Sequence record: OZ196212.1
Length of the DNA: 64,000 nt
Strand: one strand, 5' to 3'
The notes beneath the pieces are model-generated. The model was not told where the DNA came from and searched no databases. It saw nothing but the letters and a program-made list of their open reading frames with translations. Position 1 is the first letter of the stretch; each line of letters opens with the position of its first letter. Shown piece after piece: positions 44,326 through 54,755 of this stretch. The position numbers were made by a program, and so were the translations under genes.

Positions 44326-46284
44326 ATGACAACTAACTCGAATTTGCCTGTTAGTTCTGGATCTTTTGAGACTATCAAGCAAGACCTTATCAAATACTTG
44401 AAAGGTCAAGATCAGTTCAAAGATTATGACTTTAAAGGTAGTCGTCTGAACGTACTAACAGATTTGCTTGCGTACAACACAATGTACATGCAGCACTACT
44501 CAAACGCAGCACTGTTTGAGGGTTTTATTCGCACTGCGCAAAAACACAGCAGTGTGGTTCAGCACGCGCAAGATATGGGTTACGCGCCAAGCTCCCTATC
44601 TGCTTCAACTCATACAATCGGAATCAAAGCGTACAACGCTGCGAACCCAGTTGAAATTACTCTAGGTACAGGTACGCGATTCAGTGCTGACGTTGATGGT
44701 ATCGAGAACTACGGCTACATCGTATGGGAACCGCACATTCTAATCGGTGCTAAAGAAGACGCGCTTGACCCTGCATCACCGCTTGTGTATCAAGATCAGA
44801 TTGATGTCGTACAAGGTACGCTTGGTCGTTACGAAACAACTTTCTCAGAAACGCAATCAATCACGATCAAAGACCCTGATTTAGACCGCAACTACGTGCG
44901 TGTGTTCGTAGATAGCGCGGAATGGACAAACTGGACTGATAAGTCGATTGTGAACGTATCGGGTGGTTCAAACGTGTTCTACTTGCGTGAGACAGTTGAT
45001 GGCTATACTGAAGTGTACTTCGGTGAGGGTGAACTAACAGATTTCACAGAAACGGCAGGCGCATACGACCCACAATACATTGGCGGTCTACGTCCGATTG
45101 AAGGGCAGCGTGTTCGTGTTCAATATGTGAAAACTCAAGGTCCCGTTGCAAACGGCTCGAAGAACTTCACATGGGCAGATGATATTCCGAACTTCCAACT
45201 TGATGACAAGAACATCGACGACAACCCGAATGACGATGAAAACTTCGTTGGTTCGATTGGCGGTGGTTATGCAGAAGGCACAGAGCGTATTCGCGAACTT
45301 GCACCTGTATTCCGCGAGTCGCAACGTCGCTGTGTTACTAAGCTTGATTACGAAACGTTCGTGTCTCAGAAATTCGGTAACATTGTTCAAGCAGTACAAG
45401 CATTCGGTAGCACTGAAAAGCCAGGTTACGTGTTTATCTCAATCAAGCCGAAGAGTGGTTTGACGCTACCGCAAGTTGCACGCGCAGATATAGAAGATTA
45501 CTTGAAAGAATTCAACATCGTGACAATCACGCCGAAAGTTGTTGACCCAGATTACTTGTACATCAAGCACAATCTAGTCGTGAACTACAGAACTGGTTCA
45601 TTGTCAGAGGGTGCGGATTACTTGAAAGCTCAGATCACCGACGCGATTAGCGATTACTACTACAACGACGTTGAGATCTTCAACGCATCGTTCCACGTAT
45701 CGAAGATGCTTGGCTATGTAGATGACGCGCACGACTCGATTTTAGGTTCACGCTGTGATATCTCACTGATTCGCGAACTAGTGAACTTCAGTCAGACACC
45801 GATGAGCGGCTATAGCTTCTTGAATCCGATCCTTGAACGTTCGGTGAATTCTGAAGCGATTACTTACATCGCGCATGATTGCGAAGTGTTTATCAAGTCA
45901 ACGGATCGACGCACGACAGAGACGCAAGAAGACATCGGTACATTGCTATTGGGTCCGTTCTCAGAAGGCACAATCACTGACCCGATTGACCCTGAGACTG
46001 GCGCGCCAACGACTGAATACACAGGCGATGATTTTAATCGCGAAGTTATCGACGGTCGTTCGCTGTACTACAGAATCGGTACAGTCAACTATGCAACTGG
46101 TATGTTGGATTACGAGTTCGCAAACTTGGGTGTAAATACATCAGAATGGGATGTCGTTGGCAATCTTGTTGTTTCAGCATCGCCTACGCGTTCAAACATA
46201 TACACAGACGACGGTAGCTTAATCGTTTATGAAAACGAGCTACGTCCTCAATACACTGATATTTTCCTAGAGGGTATTTCTTAA
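44326..46284 (+). CDS. 6: baseplate wedge gp6
   Basis: FKDYDFKGSRLNVLTDLLAYNT...QRRCVTKLDY. Confidence 0.93.
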   Translation: MTTNSNLPVSSGSFETIKQDLIKYLKGQDQFKDYDFKGSRLNVLTDLLAYNTMYMQHYSNAALFEGFIRTAQKHSSVVQHAQDMGYAPSSLSASTHTIGIKAYNAANPVEITLGTGTRFSADVDGIENYGYIVWEPHILIGAKEDALDPASPLVYQDQIDVVQGTLGRYETTFSETQSITIKDPDLDRNYVRVFVDSAEWTNWTDKSIVNVSGGSNVFYLRETVDGYTEVYFGEGELTDFTETAGAYDPQYIGGLRPIEGQRVRVQYVKTQGPVANGSKNFTWADDIPNFQLDDKNIDDNPNDDENFVGSIGGGYAEGTERIRELAPVFRESQRRCVTKLDYETFVSQKFGNIVQAVQAFGSTEKPGYVFISIKPKSGLTLPQVARADIEDYLKEFNIVTITPKVVDPDYLYIKHNLVVNYRTGSLSEGADYLKAQITDAISDYYYNDVEIFNASFHVSKMLGYVDDAHDSILGSRCDISLIRELVNFSQTPMSGYSFLNPILERSVNSEAITYIAHDCEVFIKSTDRRTTETQEDIGTLLLGPFSEGTITDPIDPETGAPTTEYTGDDFNREVIDGRSLYYRIGTVNYATGMLDYEFANLGVNTSEWDVVGNLVVSASPTRSNIYTDDGSLIVYENELRPQYTDIFLEGIS

Positions 46285-49200
46285 TGTCAAATTTACAAGC
46301 CCCACCAATTATGGGCGTGTACATCGACAAACTGACGCGAAACTATGTTGATTTGCGTTGGGATGGTGTCGGCGAGAACTTCAGATACGAAATACAAGTA
46401 CGTTCGGCTGGCTCAGCCGAACATGTACTGTCTGAAACTTACCAACCACTATACCCAAACCCGTATACAGGCGAAACAAGTCTGTTTGCGCAGATCAATG
46501 AATCAGTGCGCTACTACCAGTGGCGCATTCGTGCCGTTTACACGAATTTCGATCCGGGTGAATGGACAGCATCAGATATCGGCTACACGTCAGATTCAAA
46601 CGATTACGAAATCGTTACACAATCGACGTTCACGGCTGCTCAGTCGTTCATCGAAGCGCGTTTGAACAACGATAACGACAAATACCTGAATGAGCGTAAC
46701 GAGCTACAAGCAACATTAGTACGCCCGGGGTATGAGTTCGATACGAACATGTTCAACGTAGATTCGGCTGCATATTGGTTCGTTACAAACCCAGGGTTTA
46801 GTGCGAATTACGGTGAAGTTCCAAACGTGTGTCAGAACAACATGCGCGTGATCCCATCAGTTATCGATGACGTGATCTATGCATTCGAGCGTTGGCAAGA
46901 AGTGTGTAAGATCTCGAACAACGGCGGTCAAACATGGCAGACGTATCGTGCAACGAACAGTCGTCTAGGCAATCCCGTGTACGATTGTATCTGTAAGCAG
47001 TCAGAAACGTTCAGTTACTTGTTAGGGTACGATTACCTTATTCAGGGCGTTGCGTCTAGTGACGTTGATTACTCACACGATAACGGTACTGAATACAGCC
47101 ACGCGTCGGTCGACTTGACGTTCGATAAGCTTGATTTCGATTTAGGCTTCGGCTTTGACGTTGAGCGTTTTAAAGATCTTGCAGTTTTACCACCACAAGT
47201 GCGTCACAAAGCAGATGCATTTGGCGTTGATAACGTAATGACAGTTATAACCGCAGGTAATACGTACGTATGGCACAACAACAGAATCCCGACTATTTGG
47301 GAAGATGTCGTGAGTGACCTATACGGCGAGCGTATCTTTGAAACAGTCGGTACGTCTAACAACGAGCCAGTATACTTCGAATCATACGTCGTTCGCGATG
47401 ACGTGTCAAGACCTGATTTTGACGAAACGACGGCTGACGTGTGTGTGAAGAAAATCGAATACTTTGATGATCCAGAAGTCGGTATCGACTATCAAGACGG
47501 TAAAATGTACGCTCTCGTGACCGGTGAATGGGTACACGATGAAAACGGCAAGCGTATATCAGTTTCAGACGACAACGAAATTCGTGGCGTGTATCGCATG
47601 AACCGCGACGAAATCATGGACGGTGACATCGTAGTTGGTTACGAAAACATCGAATGGATTCGTGTATATGGTAACATTGAACCAGAGCGCGACTTGATCA
47701 ACGAACGCAGTGTTATTTCTCGCGATACTGAACATCTAATTCTAGGTCATGACTTGACGCGTGCATACGGTGAAGAAGGCGACCCTGAATACGACAATCG
47801 TCAAGAGTCTAGCGGTGCACCGGGTGAATATCACTCTCAATCGGGAGATCACTACGGTACAATCGATGATGCAGCACTTGTTCAAGACAATGCAGAAGTT
47901 AACGAAGCTGTTCGCATGTTCAGCAAGCCGTACTACACGACGCACGCAAAGCCGATGTCACAGATCGTTGCGACTAAAGACGGTGACACGTGGGAATATA
48001 AGCCGCAAGATTACTACGGTAACGCGCATTTCAACTGGATGGAACGTGCGAAGACACGCGACTGGAAATCTTGGTCAAATCAGATCATGTATTACAAGTC
48101 AGATTCGCTATTCCGTCGTGATTTTGACAATTTAGACTCGGTAAAATGGTCTGAAGTTCTTGAAAACGGCTCGTACAAGTTCGAAGCACCGAATCTAGAC
48201 GTGTTCGGCTTCAATGGCTACTGTGACGGTGCGATTATTCACACTGCAAACGATAACAAGGTAATTGGTTACTACAAATTCCCGTATCGCGTTAGCATCA
48301 CAGCTCCGATTCACTGGTCGCCAATCCGTACTGTAATTACAGGCGAGTTGACGAATTACACGCCAGTTACAATCGAAGAGCCAGAAGCAGATCCGACTAA
48401 ACTTCTCGATCCGACGTTGACGCCATTGATTTACAAGATGATGCCAGAGAATTACCTTGATTCTGACGGATTTTACAAGGATTTCGCAAAAAGCTATCTT
48501 GATTTCATCAGTAAAGGTGACGGTACAGCGTACAACAACGTGTATAACTTGCTGAACAGCAAATACCCGCGTGACGAACACTACGAAGAATATCTGTACA
48601 AGATGGTATACGAACGTAATCGTATTCTTGAACCAGAGAAGCGCGACGCAGTTGTGAAATTCTTCTTGAGTAGACGCGCAGACTTCTACAGCACGAAAGG
48701 TATCATCGACTCGTACGAGTTCTTGTTCAAATTGCTGTACAACGAGACGGTTGAGGTTGAGATCGAATCACTGAACGCGTTTGAGTATGCGATTACGGTT
48801 GCATCGAACGACGTGACAGATGACATTGTAGGTCGTCGTATTTTCACAGAGGGCGGTCAAGCTGACGTGACATACATCGAGCGTGAATACATTGATGGTC
48901 GCAGACACTGGAAACTGACGCTGAATAACTTAATCGGTGAATTCAAAGCCGGTGCTGAAATCGGAATTGCGGGATACGATTTTGAAGCAACAGCGTTGAC
49001 GGGCGTTAAGGGTGAGCGTATCGATTATGACTCGAATGAGTATCTTGATCGAAGCAAAACGTACTACGTCATGAAGCTACGTTCTGAAATGCAATTGAGT
49101 CAGTACAAAGACGATATCATTCGTTTCGTACACCCAATCGGCTTCGGCTTCGTGGGTATCACATTGCTGACAGTTCTTGTGAATCACGGCATTTCAGTTG

Positions 49201-49778
49201 ACCATCACGAAACAATTGTCGATTCGTATCGTTCAGTTCGAATTGATAACGGCATCGGTCTTTCGTACACGGAATTGACTGGTTTACTAGACGATGACTT
49301 GAACAGACAGTACAACGATTTCGGTGAGTTGTTGACTAAAGATCACCCGATTTACGGTCAAACTCCGATTGATAACGTGATACATGACAGAATCAACGGT
49401 ACGCAAGGCGTTACAGTAACAGAGTACAACGATTACTGGGCGAATGCACGTGAAATTCTAGTTCGCGAGAATATGGTCGAAGATAATGAACGATATATAG
49501 AAACAGACACGGGCGACGTTGACGATGAATTTGGCGGTAAACAGCGAGTTATTAACCCTGATTACAACCCGATTGCACAAGTTCAAGTTGCAGACGTGAA
49601 TGGTTCTATTCAATGGGGAATGACCGCGTACGAGCGTGCTCCAGCATTTATGTTCGATACGTCGTGCGCTTCACTATCAATCAGTGACATGTACGCGGAT
49701 GATGAGAATCGTCTGAAAGACAATGTTGGTAACCCATACGATCCGACTGAGCCGACTCAGAAATTTATAGGTGAATAA
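46284..49778 (+). CDS. 7: baseplate wedge gp7
   Basis: N-terminal FN3-like segment; FYSTKGIIDSYEFLFKLLYNE; FVHPIGFGF. Confidence 0.88.
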   Translation: MSNLQAPPIMGVYIDKLTRNYVDLRWDGVGENFRYEIQVRSAGSAEHVLSETYQPLYPNPYTGETSLFAQINESVRYYQWRIRAVYTNFDPGEWTASDIGYTSDSNDYEIVTQSTFTAAQSFIEARLNNDNDKYLNERNELQATLVRPGYEFDTNMFNVDSAAYWFVTNPGFSANYGEVPNVCQNNMRVIPSVIDDVIYAFERWQEVCKISNNGGQTWQTYRATNSRLGNPVYDCICKQSETFSYLLGYDYLIQGVASSDVDYSHDNGTEYSHASVDLTFDKLDFDLGFGFDVERFKDLAVLPPQVRHKADAFGVDNVMTVITAGNTYVWHNNRIPTIWEDVVSDLYGERIFETVGTSNNEPVYFESYVVRDDVSRPDFDETTADVCVKKIEYFDDPEVGIDYQDGKMYALVTGEWVHDENGKRISVSDDNEIRGVYRMNRDEIMDGDIVVGYENIEWIRVYGNIEPERDLINERSVISRDTEHLILGHDLTRAYGEEGDPEYDNRQESSGAPGEYHSQSGDHYGTIDDAALVQDNAEVNEAVRMFSKPYYTTHAKPMSQIVATKDGDTWEYKPQDYYGNAHFNWMERAKTRDWKSWSNQIMYYKSDSLFRRDFDNLDSVKWSEVLENGSYKFEAPNLDVFGFNGYCDGAIIHTANDNKVIGYYKFPYRVSITAPIHWSPIRTVITGELTNYTPVTIEEPEADPTKLLDPTLTPLIYKMMPENYLDSDGFYKDFAKSYLDFISKGDGTAYNNVYNLLNSKYPRDEHYEEYLYKMVYERNRILEPEKRDAVVKFFLSRRADFYSTKGIIDSYEFLFKLLYNETVEVEIESLNAFEYAITVASNDVTDDIVGRRIFTEGGQADVTYIEREYIDGRRHWKLTLNNLIGEFKAGAEIGIAGYDFEATALTGVKGERIDYDSNEYLDRSKTYYVMKLRSEMQLSQYKDDIIRFVHPIGFGFVGITLLTVLVNHGISVDHHETIVDSYRSVRIDNGIGLSYTELTGLLDDDLNRQYNDFGELLTKDHPIYGQTPIDNVIHDRINGTQGVTVTEYNDYWANAREILVRENMVEDNERYIETDTGDVDDEFGGKQRVINPDYNPIAQVQVADVNGSIQWGMTAYERAPAFMFDTSCASLSISDMYADDENRLKDNVGNPYDPTEPTQKFIGE

Positions 49779-50802
49779 AGTGGCAAAAATTTACAGATCA
49801 ACAATCACAACTGAATATCGAGTGAACAACTTGATGAACTTCTACGATAGCGTCGGTGACGGCGCTGACGAGAATTCAATATATCTCATGTTCGGTCGAA
49901 ATGAGTCATGGTCAGACCGCGAAGATGAAATAAACTTCGCGCCACCTTACCCGAACGATACAACAGACGGCAAAGCTGACGTTTGGGCTCGTTCGCTTGG
50001 TATGATCAAGATTCCAAAGTCGCAGCTACGACCAGTATTGCCGCGCAAAGATTGGGGCGACCCGAATCTAAACAATTCACTGAAATTCACTTTCGGTGAC
50101 ATTGTTACAGTAAACACAATCACGCTGAACGCGCACCCGAGTGCATTGAACGGCTACATGGTTTATCGATGCATTGATATCCCAGAAACAGACGCGAATA
50201 ACTCAAACATTCGCGGTACATGTTCAGTGCCTACAATCACGAACAAAAGCGACTGTGTAGCAGTTGGCGGTACGTGGGATGCACCGAGTTCACCGGGTAA
50301 CCAAGAGAACATTCCTCACGGTACAGGTAACGCGATTGACACAGGTGATGGCTATGTGTGGGAATACATGTACACGATTCCACCGTCAGAAGTTCTAACA
50401 AGTGTTTCGCGTGAATACATCGTATGTCCATTCCCTGACGAAGTGATCGATGATCGCGAAGCGTGGGGATTAGATCAGAACATCATCTTCAATGAAAACT
50501 ACGATGAGACGATCTTCAGCATCGGTGCAGTCAACTTGCGGTTCCGAGCTAAATTAGCAGGCAGTGATTTCATTCACTTGTTCGGGCCCAACAACAACGG
50601 TTATCGTCAGATTACACTTGTTCAGAACCCATTGCTAGTGCGTGAACCCGGTGCGACTGACGACATAAAAGCAACTGAATTGCTGTACAACCCTCACGAA
50701 ATTCAAGAGGGTACAGGTCAGATTATCTACATGGAAAATCGACAGCCAATTCGCAAGACGTTAGACCAAGTAGAAGAGTTCAACCTGATCTACACATTCT
50801 AA
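49771..50802 (+). CDS. 8: baseplate wedge gp8
   Basis: MVYRCIDIP; GDGYVWEYMYTIPP; YMENRQPI. Confidence 0.92.
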   Translation: MNKVAKIYRSTITTEYRVNNLMNFYDSVGDGADENSIYLMFGRNESWSDREDEINFAPPYPNDTTDGKADVWARSLGMIKIPKSQLRPVLPRKDWGDPNLNNSLKFTFGDIVTVNTITLNAHPSALNGYMVYRCIDIPETDANNSNIRGTCSVPTITNKSDCVAVGGTWDAPSSPGNQENIPHGTGNAIDTGDGYVWEYMYTIPPSEVLTSVSREYIVCPFPDEVIDDREAWGLDQNIIFNENYDETIFSIGAVNLRFRAKLAGSDFIHLFGPNNNGYRQITLVQNPLLVREPGATDDIKATELLYNPHEIQEGTGQIIYMENRQPIRKTLDQVEEFNLIYTF

Positions 50803-50856
50803 TAAATATATAAAACATACATCGGGCTTGATGTCAAGCCCTTTATGGAGATTAAA

Positions 50857-51813
50857 ATGGGAAGAAGTAGACTAGAAACTGGTACTGCGGGTTCAGTTGG
50901 TACAGGTGATACGATTCACAACGGTGGTAATAAGCTGCGCGATAACTCAGACGAGTTTTATCACATTAACGCTGACTTCGAATTGACTGAATCAGGCGAA
51001 CCGTATATTCCAGCCGTGAATGATTCAGCACCGCGTCCACATGCCGGTGGCTACTGGCAGAGAATTCCACCAAGCTCAACAGCGGGTGGCTCAGGTGGTC
51101 CGAACGCTGCAAACTTGCTTACATCTATTGTAACAGGCGGCAAGTACGATGTCGATACATCATCACTAGGGGGCGGCGCTGTAATGACGCTAAATCTACC
51201 TAAAATCGGCACGAGTGCAGGTCAAGCAAAACGCGGTGAGAAGATTTCATTTCAAAACACAACCGCTACACTAGACACAAATCCACTCGTACTGCGTTCT
51301 AGTGCAGGCGATGCTATTGTAGGCGCAAGCGAGACGAATGGCGATCATACGATTCGCACGAATTACGCTCAGATAACATGCACCGTGATTGATGACGGTA
51401 CAGGCATTGCAGGGACACCACAATGGGGTTTCAAAATTGACCCGATTATCGGTGATTTCGGTGCACCAGTTAATGACACAATTTACACGATTCCGAACAC
51501 AGTGACTCGTTCACTTGCTCTATTCGATGTACTGTCATACGCAGCCGTGAAACTCATGATTTACGCTGAAAATAGCGACCCTGCTCAGGGCGGCATCGTT
51601 ACACGCAGAACAACGTCAGAAATGTTGCTGCTAAATAACATTACAAATGCGTATATTGATGAATACTCAGTAATCAATACGGACAGTGATTTCGGTAACT
51701 TATTGTTAATCGTTCCTCGCGTTGAAGATGGTGTCGTTTATGTTGACATCACATCGAACGACGACAATGTATCAATGGCTATCAAATCAATCGAAACTAT
51801 CAGACTATCGTAA
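50857..51813 (+). CDS. 9: baseplate long-fibre connector gp9
   Basis: GTGDTIHNGGNKL...PRPHAGGYWQ. Confidence 0.8.
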   Translation: MGRSRLETGTAGSVGTGDTIHNGGNKLRDNSDEFYHINADFELTESGEPYIPAVNDSAPRPHAGGYWQRIPPSSTAGGSGGPNAANLLTSIVTGGKYDVDTSSLGGGAVMTLNLPKIGTSAGQAKRGEKISFQNTTATLDTNPLVLRSSAGDAIVGASETNGDHTIRTNYAQITCTVIDDGTGIAGTPQWGFKIDPIIGDFGAPVNDTIYTIPNTVTRSLALFDVLSYAAVKLMIYAENSDPAQGGIVTRRTTSEMLLLNNITNAYIDEYSVINTDSDFGNLLLIVPRVEDGVVYVDITSNDDNVSMAIKSIETIRLS

Positions 51814-51822
51814 GGGACAAAA

Positions 51823-54069
51823 ATGAAACAGACGATCAACGTCGGACAAGTTGTCGATGACGGTACAGGTGACTATCTAAGACAGGGTGGCATCAAAACT
51901 CGTGACAACTTCAACGAAATTTATAGTCATCTAGGCGACGGTAGTACACTTTATGCTGCCGGTGCGTGGCGCAAATGGAGATTTGCTGCTACTTACTTGA
52001 ACGGTGACACTACATACAACGCAGCAAATGCCGAGAACTATTACGACGAGAACGGCGATGGTCAAGGTCCCGAGCTGCACGCTGCATTCGGTGAATCGTG
52101 GACAGTTGATACTACTCTAGGCGCAGTTGATGTGTATCTACCGAGTGGTGTCGAAGAAGCAGACTACGGTAAAGCGATTCGTGTACGCGACGTTAAGGGT
52201 ACTTGGGACAAGCAGCCCCTAACTGTATACCCAGACTCAAAAGACTCGATTAAGCGCGTTGCAAGTAGCACAAACCGCGAACTCGGCACAGGCGCTGAGT
52301 TCACAAACGCATATCAAGATTTAGAACTTGTATTCACGCCACCACGTCACTGGGAATATGTTGCTCAGAAATACGTAAACGGCATGACATTTGGTGATGT
52401 TCCGAGCGTATTGCGTCGTGCATTGCTATCGCGTCAGGGTCAGCGTGATTTCAATATGTCACTTGAACTAGCGGGCGGTGATTACAATGCAACTGCGGTT
52501 GAGATCTATCGTCGCGGTAACTTGATGTACTACGGGAACGAACTGAATGACTTTTCAGATTACGGCTCAATCCCGCTACACACAGTCGAAAGCTGGGAAG
52601 CTTCGCGTGCTGACCCATACTACGTAGGCGATTTAGTTCGCGGTGACGTTGCAGGTTCGCGTGATGACCGTATTTGGCAGTGTATAGAAGAACATAACTC
52701 AATCGGCACATGGGATTCTGACAAATGGGAAGAATTCAGCGATTACCCTGATTACGAAGAGCACGCAGGTAGCACCGTTTATAGCGCGTCAACAGTCGTA
52801 ACGCAAGAACATGACGGGTTCGTGCAGACGTTCGAGTGTCTAATCACGCATACTTCTGCGGTTGGTTACACTGATCTCACGACAGATAACAACTGGAAGC
52901 AGCTTACAAACGATGATCTTGCACCGCTTGACGGTAAGACAATTCGTTTGCGTCTAGCAGCCAATGCAGGTGACCCAATCGCGATGGTAACATACTTGAG
53001 CGATGTGTCAAGCTTCCGTAGCAGCTACATGCTGAAATCGATCAAGCTAATTGACACGAATAACTTCGGTGTTGAGGAATCGACTGGGTCCGTTGTTCGT
53101 AAAGACTTCGTACCTGGGATGACAGTCAAGTTAATTGACTTTGGTCTACCTAGTTACACTCAGTTTAACACTGAGACGCTTGAACTTCTAGTGAATGGTA
53201 CACAATTGACTCGCTCGAATACGGCTGGTCAAGGTGACTCTGATAATGGCGGCGATTACGACTACGACTATAAGCAAGACGCGGAAGGTCTATGGAACAC
53301 GCTTGTATTCAGCGAAGCTCTAGCTGATAGCGATATTGTAACAGTTCGTTGGTACGATAATGTAATCGGCACACTATTATCTTGGGATGAAGGCGAAGAC
53401 AACTTACAAGTTCGCACGCGTGAGTTATTCGTTTCTCGTGATGATTGGGCAGATGTTCGCCGTGTTAACAAACTTGCGTATTCAGACACTGATAATCCGA
53501 GCGCGGCAGTTGCTGAAGTTCTACCTGACTCAGAAACATTCGCACCGGGTGGTACACTGACATCATTGATGGAAAGTATCTTCCCTATTGGCTCGATTTA
53601 CACGAACGCAAATAACCCGAGCAACCCCGCTGATTACATGGGCTTCGGTAAATGGGTTCGTTATGCTGAAGGGCGTACAATCGTTGGTTGGAATAGCGAA
53701 GATGACGGAAGTTTTCACCGCAACAACAACAACGAAAATATCGTTCAAGCGGGTGGTACTGGCGGTGCAATCGGTGTGACTCTTACACAAGAGAACATTC
53801 CAGAGCTGATAAGTACAACAAACGATGATCACGCGAACGACTCTAGTCGCGATATTGGTAACATCACAGAGCAATACAGCTTAGTAGCTCGTGCTGCAAC
53901 GTCTGGCGGTGATATCAACTTGAATGGTTGTTTAGGTGACCCTGAAAACACGACGCCTTTAGCGTACTACGCTGAAGAGCCAATCAAAGTGAATCATGGT
54001 CAAATCGCACAAGCGGTTGATGTAACTCAACCTTACATTACTGCATACACTTGGATAAGGACTGCATAA
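51823..54069 (+). CDS. 10: baseplate wedge gp10
   Basis: MKQTINVGQVVDDGTGDYLRQGG; IFPIGSIY...NPADYMGFGKW; QPYITAYTWIR. Confidence 0.92.
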   Translation: MKQTINVGQVVDDGTGDYLRQGGIKTRDNFNEIYSHLGDGSTLYAAGAWRKWRFAATYLNGDTTYNAANAENYYDENGDGQGPELHAAFGESWTVDTTLGAVDVYLPSGVEEADYGKAIRVRDVKGTWDKQPLTVYPDSKDSIKRVASSTNRELGTGAEFTNAYQDLELVFTPPRHWEYVAQKYVNGMTFGDVPSVLRRALLSRQGQRDFNMSLELAGGDYNATAVEIYRRGNLMYYGNELNDFSDYGSIPLHTVESWEASRADPYYVGDLVRGDVAGSRDDRIWQCIEEHNSIGTWDSDKWEEFSDYPDYEEHAGSTVYSASTVVTQEHDGFVQTFECLITHTSAVGYTDLTTDNNWKQLTNDDLAPLDGKTIRLRLAANAGDPIAMVTYLSDVSSFRSSYMLKSIKLIDTNNFGVEESTGSVVRKDFVPGMTVKLIDFGLPSYTQFNTETLELLVNGTQLTRSNTAGQGDSDNGGDYDYDYKQDAEGLWNTLVFSEALADSDIVTVRWYDNVIGTLLSWDEGEDNLQVRTRELFVSRDDWADVRRVNKLAYSDTDNPSAAVAEVLPDSETFAPGGTLTSLMESIFPIGSIYTNANNPSNPADYMGFGKWVRYAEGRTIVGWNSEDDGSFHRNNNNENIVQAGGTGGAIGVTLTQENIPELISTTNDDHANDSSRDIGNITEQYSLVARAATSGGDINLNGCLGDPENTTPLAYYAEEPIKVNHGQIAQAVDVTQPYITAYTWIRTA

Positions 54070-54755
54070 TGACAAGTAAAGCAAGACATTCATCAAGAGT
54101 ATGGACGAACGATTCTAGCAAGAAGATCTTCGACCAAGACTCGATTAGCGACGCTGGGCTATATCCCGGCGACCGCTTCAACTTTCGAGGCGCTATTTTA
54201 GGCGACTCGACAGTTGACGAAATTCAAAACGGTGCATGGGATCCCAATGTACAATCGGCATTAATGCAGTTAGCAATGGCTGCGATTTTACCAGTTGGGT
54301 CAGTTCTAATGTCTACTGACGCATCGAACCCGTTTAACACAAACCAGTTCAATGAAACGATTTCGTATACGGGCACATCGCTAGTTGATAACATCAACTT
54401 GTATGGCGTGTCAGTGTCGCTTTCAGTCGGAGACTCAGACAACGACATCGCAGAGAAAGTATTCACTGCAATGCACGCGTCTCAGTTGTTTGACACAGTA
54501 CCGACAGATCACGTACCACCGTCGAACACATTCTTACTGAAGCACCGAAGCTCAAGACCGCATAATACTGCGTACACTTCAACGTACGCTGATATTCTAG
54601 ACTCGAACGGTGATACTACGGGTATACAAGCTAAAAGCGTCGTAACGGGCGAATCAGACGGCGAGACGAGCTTAGGTTATGGGGAATGGGAGCTGTATCA
54701 CACAGATACGACAACATACCCGTCAACAATGTACTTTTATAGAAGGATTGGTTAA
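54069..54755 (+). CDS. 11: baseplate wedge gp11
   Basis: synteny; QSALMQL...ILPVGSV. Confidence 0.75.
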   Translation: MTSKARHSSRVWTNDSSKKIFDQDSISDAGLYPGDRFNFRGAILGDSTVDEIQNGAWDPNVQSALMQLAMAAILPVGSVLMSTDASNPFNTNQFNETISYTGTSLVDNINLYGVSVSLSVGDSDNDIAEKVFTAMHASQLFDTVPTDHVPPSNTFLLKHRSSRPHNTAYTSTYADILDSNGDTTGIQAKSVVTGESDGETSLGYGEWELYHTDTTTYPSTMYFYRRIG

